DNA from: an uncultured Ignavibacteria bacterium
GTDB taxonomy: Bacteria; Bacteroidota; Ignavibacteria; Ignavibacteriales; Ignavibacteriaceae
Direction of reading: 5' to 3'
DNA length: 64,000 nt
NCBI GenBank assembly: GCA_963713505.1
Contig: CAVQMC010000001.1
Span: 29,171 to 93,170 of the forward strand
In this document: piece after piece, positions 59,801 to 64,000 of the stretch
Layout: each line of letters opens with the position of its first letter
Numbering within the stretch: the stretch's first letter is position 1
Program-made: the position numbers and the translations under genes
Notes under the pieces: model-generated
What the model was told of the DNA's origin: nothing
Databases searched by the model: none
The model's input: only the letters and a program-made list of their open reading frames with translations

Positions 59801-61385
59801 AAAATCAAACGAACCATTTAAGTCGGCTTTTGTTGAATCAGAAGCTAATGTAAATTTATAAGCTATACTTTTGTTTTTTGCAGTTGCAGTCAGTTTTAAC
59901 GTATCTATATTATTATTATAAATAGTAGAACCATCAGCTGTTAGTTTAACAACAGCATCAAGATTATTCGTCGATGTGCCTTTCCCTTTTATATTAATAA
60001 GGGAATTTATATTTGAAGAAACTCCTATAAAGGGCGAGAGATCAAAATTCTTAGTTACTACATTTGCATCATAAATGAGATCTTTTTGCTTAAGATTTAA
60101 GTTGCCATTTAAATCCACTTGTCCTTTATCGGTTGTAAGAGATAAATGAGTTTTAAAATCTAAAGGATATCCCGAATAATTTAAAGTATCAATCTTTAAT
60201 ATTCCATATTCTTTTAAATGTAGGAATATTTAAAGAAGGTAAAAGCACATTTACATCATTTTGATTTATATAAGAATTAGTAAAATTAGCGGTTATGTAT
60301 AAATCATCCGGATCATCTAAGTTTTTTATGGAAGCTGTTGCTGAAAGATGTGTACTGTCCAATGCAGTTTCCAGATGGTCCACTTTAATATTATTTAACT
60401 TTCCAGTGGCATTTACTTCTATAGCTACTTTACCTTTCAGAATATCAATTCCAGGAATAAATGGGTACAGATCGGAAAAATAAAATTGAGGCGCATCCAG
60501 TTTTAATGAGATATCAGAATTAAAAAGATTTAATGAGTCCGCAAACGGACTCCAGTTATCCATTGCAGCATTAATATTAAGATCAGAATTGTTGGTTTTA
60601 ATTGACAAACTTTGCGCCCTCATTTTATCTTTATCAATTAAAAATTCTCCTGAAAAATTATTCAATGCAAAACCGGCTAAATTTGGATTGCATGATAAGT
60701 TATTAATCTTAAGTTGAAATTTGTATTGATTAATATCTGCAAATGCCTGTAAATCAAGGCTTATATTTTCAACTCTAAAATCATTCATATTTAAATTTGG
60801 ATAAACTGAATTACTATTTAACTTATCATAATTTTGAAGATAAAAGTTAACACTGTGTAATGATAAATCAGCAACTTCAATTTTAAATGGGAAAGGCGAA
60901 TGTGTAGTATCGCTGGTAGTATCAACTGATTGGGAAGATGGAAATAATTTAGATATGTTTAATTTACCATCTTTATCTTTAATTAATTTTATTGTTGTAT
61001 TTTCAAGTTTTAGATCGCGTATGTAAATAGTCTTTAATAATAATTTCAAAGGACTTGTACGCAGACTAATTGTTCCAGCATTCAACAAAGTATCTTTATC
61101 TTGAGTTAAAACTGTATTATGAATAACAAGCGAAGTGAAAATTGTTCCGTCAATTTTTTCTATATACAATTTGCCATTTAGAGAAGAGTTTGCGGTTTCC
61201 AAAATTTTATCTTTAAGTATATCTCTAAAAGTTGAAGTTTGACTAAAACCAAATGCCAGAATAAGAATAATAAATATTCCTAAAGCGATATAAAGAAAAA
61301 CATTAACGATTTTTTGAAGTAAAGTTCGTTTTTTCTTATTCTTTTTATTCTGCTCTGTTTTTTTATTTTGATCTTCTTCGGGCAT
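56866..61385 (-). pseudogene. tamB: TamB/AsmA-like translocation-and-assembly-module protein (about 1500 aa), two frameshifts
   Basis: N-terminal signal-anchor (LYIALGIFIILILAFGF), then long beta-rich repeats. The C-terminal DUF490-like end is ...LRLERKEALSENGIANEMINELGLKYRFEF. The three ORFs join at ..PTFK/EYGILKIDTLNYSG.. (T4 at 60212..60215) and ..GELNGSF/LNYKNQNLNVD.. (A4 at 58523..58526). Confidence 0.75.
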
Positions 61386-61517
61386 TACAACTTATTTTAT
61401 TACAAATACTTAGGCTAATTTAATTAATAAAAACCGAAAACTATATACTTAAATTAATAGATTAAATAATTAGTTACTTATATAATAAATATAAAATTGG
61501 ATTAAATTAAAAGAGAT

Positions 61518-61997
61518 TTACTTCGAATATTTGTCCAGGATCAACTGAATTATTTTAGAAGTGGATTGGTTGTTAACAAACTTAATTGTTTTTACTTCTC
61601 CGCCGTTTTTAACAACAATGTCTTTGCCGACAATATTTTCAATATCCCAGTCTTCCCCTTTAACCAAAACATCCGGAACAAGTTCTGAAATTATTTCAAG
61701 AGGAGTATTTTCCGAAAAGAGAGTTACATAATCTACAGGTTTTAAATTTGAAACTATATATGTTCTTTCTTTTTCTTTTAAGATAGGTCTGCCGCTGTCT
61801 TTAATATTTTTAATTGATGAATCTGAATTAATTGCCACAATTAAAACATCACCAAGTTCTTTTGATTTATTTAGATAATCAACATGTCCGGAATGTAATA
61901 TATCAAAACAGCCGTTTGTAAAAACAACTTTTTTACCTTCGGCTTTGAGTTTTTTTCTTATTGATATTATTTCTTCCCTGCTTTTTATATTACTCAT
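61518..61997 (-). CDS. hldC: D-glycero-beta-D-manno-heptose 1-phosphate adenylyltransferase (RfaE domain II as a separate gene)
   Basis: Cytidylyltransferase motif FTNGCFDILHSGHV, 159 aa. Overlaps the upstream kinase gene by 4 nt. Confidence 0.85.
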   Translation of the reverse strand: MSNIKSREEIISIRKKLKAEGKKVVFTNGCFDILHSGHVDYLNKSKELGDVLIVAINSDSSIKNIKDSGRPILKEKERTYIVSNLKPVDYVTLFSENTPLEIISELVPDVLVKGEDWDIENIVGKDIVVKNGGEVKTIKFVNNQSTSKIIQLILDKYSK

Positions 61998-62989
61998 CTT
62001 GTTTCTTCAGCAATTGTATTAAATAATTTATCCAATTCAATAGGAACAATTCCAACCTCTTCACAAACTAATCCGCCCGCATAATTAGCTAAATAGGAAG
62101 CTTCCAAAATATTTGCTTTTGCTGCAAGGGCCATTGTTATAGTTGCAATTACAGTATCTCCGGCACCCGAAACGTCTGCAACTTCTCTGGCTTTTGTAGG
62201 CATTTTTTTTTCATGCTTACCTTTTTCAAAGATTGCAATACCACCTTCGCCAAGCGTTAACAGCACATATCTTGCATTCAGTTTTTCTAATAATTTTTTA
62301 CCGGCATTAGAAATATCTTCACTTGATCTTATTTTCATTCCAAGTACATCTTCAGCTTCTTTTCTGTTTGGTTTAAACACAGTAACATTTTTATATGCAA
62401 AAAAATTATTAAACTTCGGATCTACACTGATTAAAACATTATTATCATTCGCGAGTTTTATTACTTTTTCAATTAATGAATGGGACAACACGCCTTTGTT
62501 ATAATCCTCAAGAATAATTCCGTCCAGATCTTTAATATTTTTCTTTATATAATCATAAACTTTATTCTGTACAGACTTATTTAAATATTGTTTGCTTTCT
62601 TTGTCAATTCTTACAACATGCTGGTTTCCTGCAATTACTCTGGTTTTAGTAGTTGTCGGCCGGCTTTCGTCAACAAAAATTCCATCATCGGGAATATCTG
62701 TTTCTTTAATTAAAGATGTAAAAATTGTTCCGTCATTGTCGTAACCTATTATTCCAATTGGAAAAGGAAGACCGCCAAGTTTTTGAATATTTAAAGCAAC
62801 ATTCGCAGCTCCGCCGAATCTATAGAATTCATTTTCAACTTCAACAACAGGAACGGGAGCTTCCGGAGAAATTCGTTTTACATCACCCCAAAAATAGCAA
62901 TCAAGCATCATATCTCCGATTACTGCAACTTTAATATTTTTAAAATTTTTTTTAAGTGTATTAAGTCTTTTTGAAGAAATATCAATCAT
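61994..62989 (-). CDS. hldA: D-glycero-beta-D-manno-heptose-7-phosphate kinase (RfaE domain I, PfkB family)
   Basis: PfkB-family pattern with DVSGAGDT near the C-terminus and GGAANVA near the N-terminus. ATG at 62989 (MIDISSKR..) preferred over TTG at 63022. Confidence 0.85.
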   Translation of the reverse strand: MIDISSKRLNTLKKNFKNIKVAVIGDMMLDCYFWGDVKRISPEAPVPVVEVENEFYRFGGAANVALNIQKLGGLPFPIGIIGYDNDGTIFTSLIKETDIPDDGIFVDESRPTTTKTRVIAGNQHVVRIDKESKQYLNKSVQNKVYDYIKKNIKDLDGIILEDYNKGVLSHSLIEKVIKLANDNNVLISVDPKFNNFFAYKNVTVFKPNRKEAEDVLGMKIRSSEDISNAGKKLLEKLNARYVLLTLGEGGIAIFEKGKHEKKMPTKAREVADVSGAGDTVIATITMALAAKANILEASYLANYAGGLVCEEVGIVPIELDKLFNTIAEETR

Positions 62990-63075
62990 TTTATACCTAA
63001 AATTTCGCGAGTTATTAAGCAAAGATAATGATAAAATTTATGTCGGCAAAGAATGGAAAATTGAGATATTTTGAT

Positions 63076-64000
63076 TTATTTTAATTTACTCTTACTTTCT
63101 TTTTTGTTAACCCAAACAGCTAACGGGTTTGCAATTCTAACTCTCCAAAGTCCTTCATCCGTTCCAATCCACATATCCCACCCATCAAAATATAAACAGG
63201 AAACGGTTGAAATATTCTGACCTAATTGATTTAAGTCTACAGGAGTAACCTGGTTTGTTAATCGATTTATAATAACTAAACCTTTGCCAATTTCTTTTTT
63301 ATCATTTCTGTCGAATGAATAAATACCGGCCCATATTTGGTTGCCGGTTCTTTCTAAACAATAAACTCCGTTTGCCGGTAAACCATTTAAACTAGAAATT
63401 CTTTCCCATTGAAGAATTCGATTATATTTATAAATCCCTCCGATGTTAAATTCCGGCTGCTGTTTTGTTACAAATTCGTCTGTTGCAAACCAGACATAAT
63501 GCCTTTCAAATAACAAATCATGAATAGAGACAGCATATCCGTCTCCGTTAAATGCATTTTTTTTATTATTAATGAATCTCCATGATTTTATATCGTTTGG
63601 ATTTTTCTTTTTTTCAAATATGTGAACTCCTGATTCGGTTCCAAACCAAACCAAACTATCACCATCTAATTTAATAGAAGTAATAGTATTTGTTTTAGCA
63701 TCATTGTTTTTTGTTAAATTAAAATCCTTGTATTTATTTCTTTTAACATCTAGCCTTGTAAGATTTTTAAACCTTCCGATCCATAAAACATTTTGAGATC
63801 TATCATAACATAAAGAACGAATCCAATTACCCATTTCGCCGCCAAGCGCAAATGTTTTTTTTGTCCAGATATTTCTTCTTTTATTATATACATACAAACC
63901 TTCGCTGGATCCTGCCCAAATATATTTAGGAGAAGCAGCAATTGTATAAAATAGATCGGTTTTGAGTTTGTTGTTCTTTGTTGAAAAGTTTTCCCACTTA
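63076..64000 (-). CDS. two-component-regulator-propeller (Reg_prop)-repeat protein, 5' end beyond the window
   Basis: The frame stays open from 63897 to the window edge (..KWENFSTKNNKLKTDLFYTIAASPKYIWAGSSEGLYVYN..). Repeated xxW[IF]GT/AxxGL motifs (IWAGSSEGL, LWIGRF, VWFGTESGV, MWIGTDEGL). Confidence 0.55.
   Translation of the reverse strand, partial: KWENFSTKNNKLKTDLFYTIAASPKYIWAGSSEGLYVYNKRRNIWTKKTFALGGEMGNWIRSLCYDRSQNVLWIGRFKNLTRLDVKRNKYKDFNLTKNNDAKTNTITSIKLDGDSLVWFGTESGVHIFEKKKNPNDIKSWRFINNKKNAFNGDGYAVSIHDLLFERHYVWFATDEFVTKQQPEFNIGGIYKYNRILQWERISSLNGLPANGVYCLERTGNQIWAGIYSFDRNDKKEIGKGLVIINRLTNQVTPVDLNQLGQNISTVSCLYFDGWDMWIGTDEGLWRVRIANPLAVWVNKKESKSKLK

Noticed and set aside
8644-61385. Frameshifts as programmed recoding (ribosomal frameshifting or transcriptional slippage) or as an alternative genetic code
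   Set aside because: The sites share no slippery heptamer or downstream structure. They occur in unrelated genes and shift in both directions. Stop-codon reassignment cannot explain them, because the downstream sequence continues in a different frame.
63750-63941. 63-aa minus-strand ORF and the TTG start at 63897 for the propeller-repeat gene
   Set aside because: The propeller-repeat reading frame stays open upstream to the window edge with further Reg_prop-like repeats. The gene is therefore 5'-truncated by the window, and the 63-aa ORF is an out-of-frame overlap.

Overview
AT-rich chromosomal segment, roughly one-third G+C by eye, with about 53 genes, almost all core housekeeping. Several signatures suggest an FCB-group bacterium (Ignavibacteriota/Bacteroidota-like), but this is inference, not a database hit. 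They are a subtilase with a T9SS C-terminal sorting domain, a GldC homologue, an S46 dipeptidyl-peptidase, a LytS/LytTR pair, an AmpG-like permease and frequent TTG/GTG starts.

Content in order:
- trkH, ppk1, Mrp/ApbC plus NifU-like, an AI-2E permease
- an operon of three periplasmic PPIase/SurA-type chaperones ending in a MoxR ATPase
- T9SS subtilase, metG, a methionine-gamma-lyase-family enzyme
- a LiaF-like / LytS-type kinase / LytTR regulator module
- PLP enzymes, a GlcNAc-kinase plus AmpG pair, cytochrome bd (cydAB), gldC, S46 peptidase, phosphomannomutase, a Lon-like protease, pyk, an AmmeMemoRadiSam-type radical SAM enzyme
- rpmB, the rpsF-ssb-rpsR-rplI operon, H+-pyrophosphatase, the prs-ctc-pth cluster
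- an envelope cluster: hldA-hldC, tamB, rnr and a peptidase_MA/PD40/Omp85 fusion protein

I saw no rRNA, tRNA, CRISPR array, transposase, integrase, phage gene or recognisable defence gene.

The most striking sequence-level feature is at least 13 single-base frame disruptions in nine otherwise intact genes, including essential ones (pth, L25). Most sit in short homopolymers, which points to assembly or sequencing indels rather than real pseudogenes.

I did not find a convincing new system. The best candidates for follow-up are:
- the translationally coupled tamB-rnr-(peptidase_MA/PD40/Omp85) operon
- the chimeric outer-membrane protein in that operon
- a perfect 12-bp direct repeat with 21-bp phasing upstream of the LiaF-like/LytS/LytTR module
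- an AmpG-like permease with a roughly 195-residue soluble insertion
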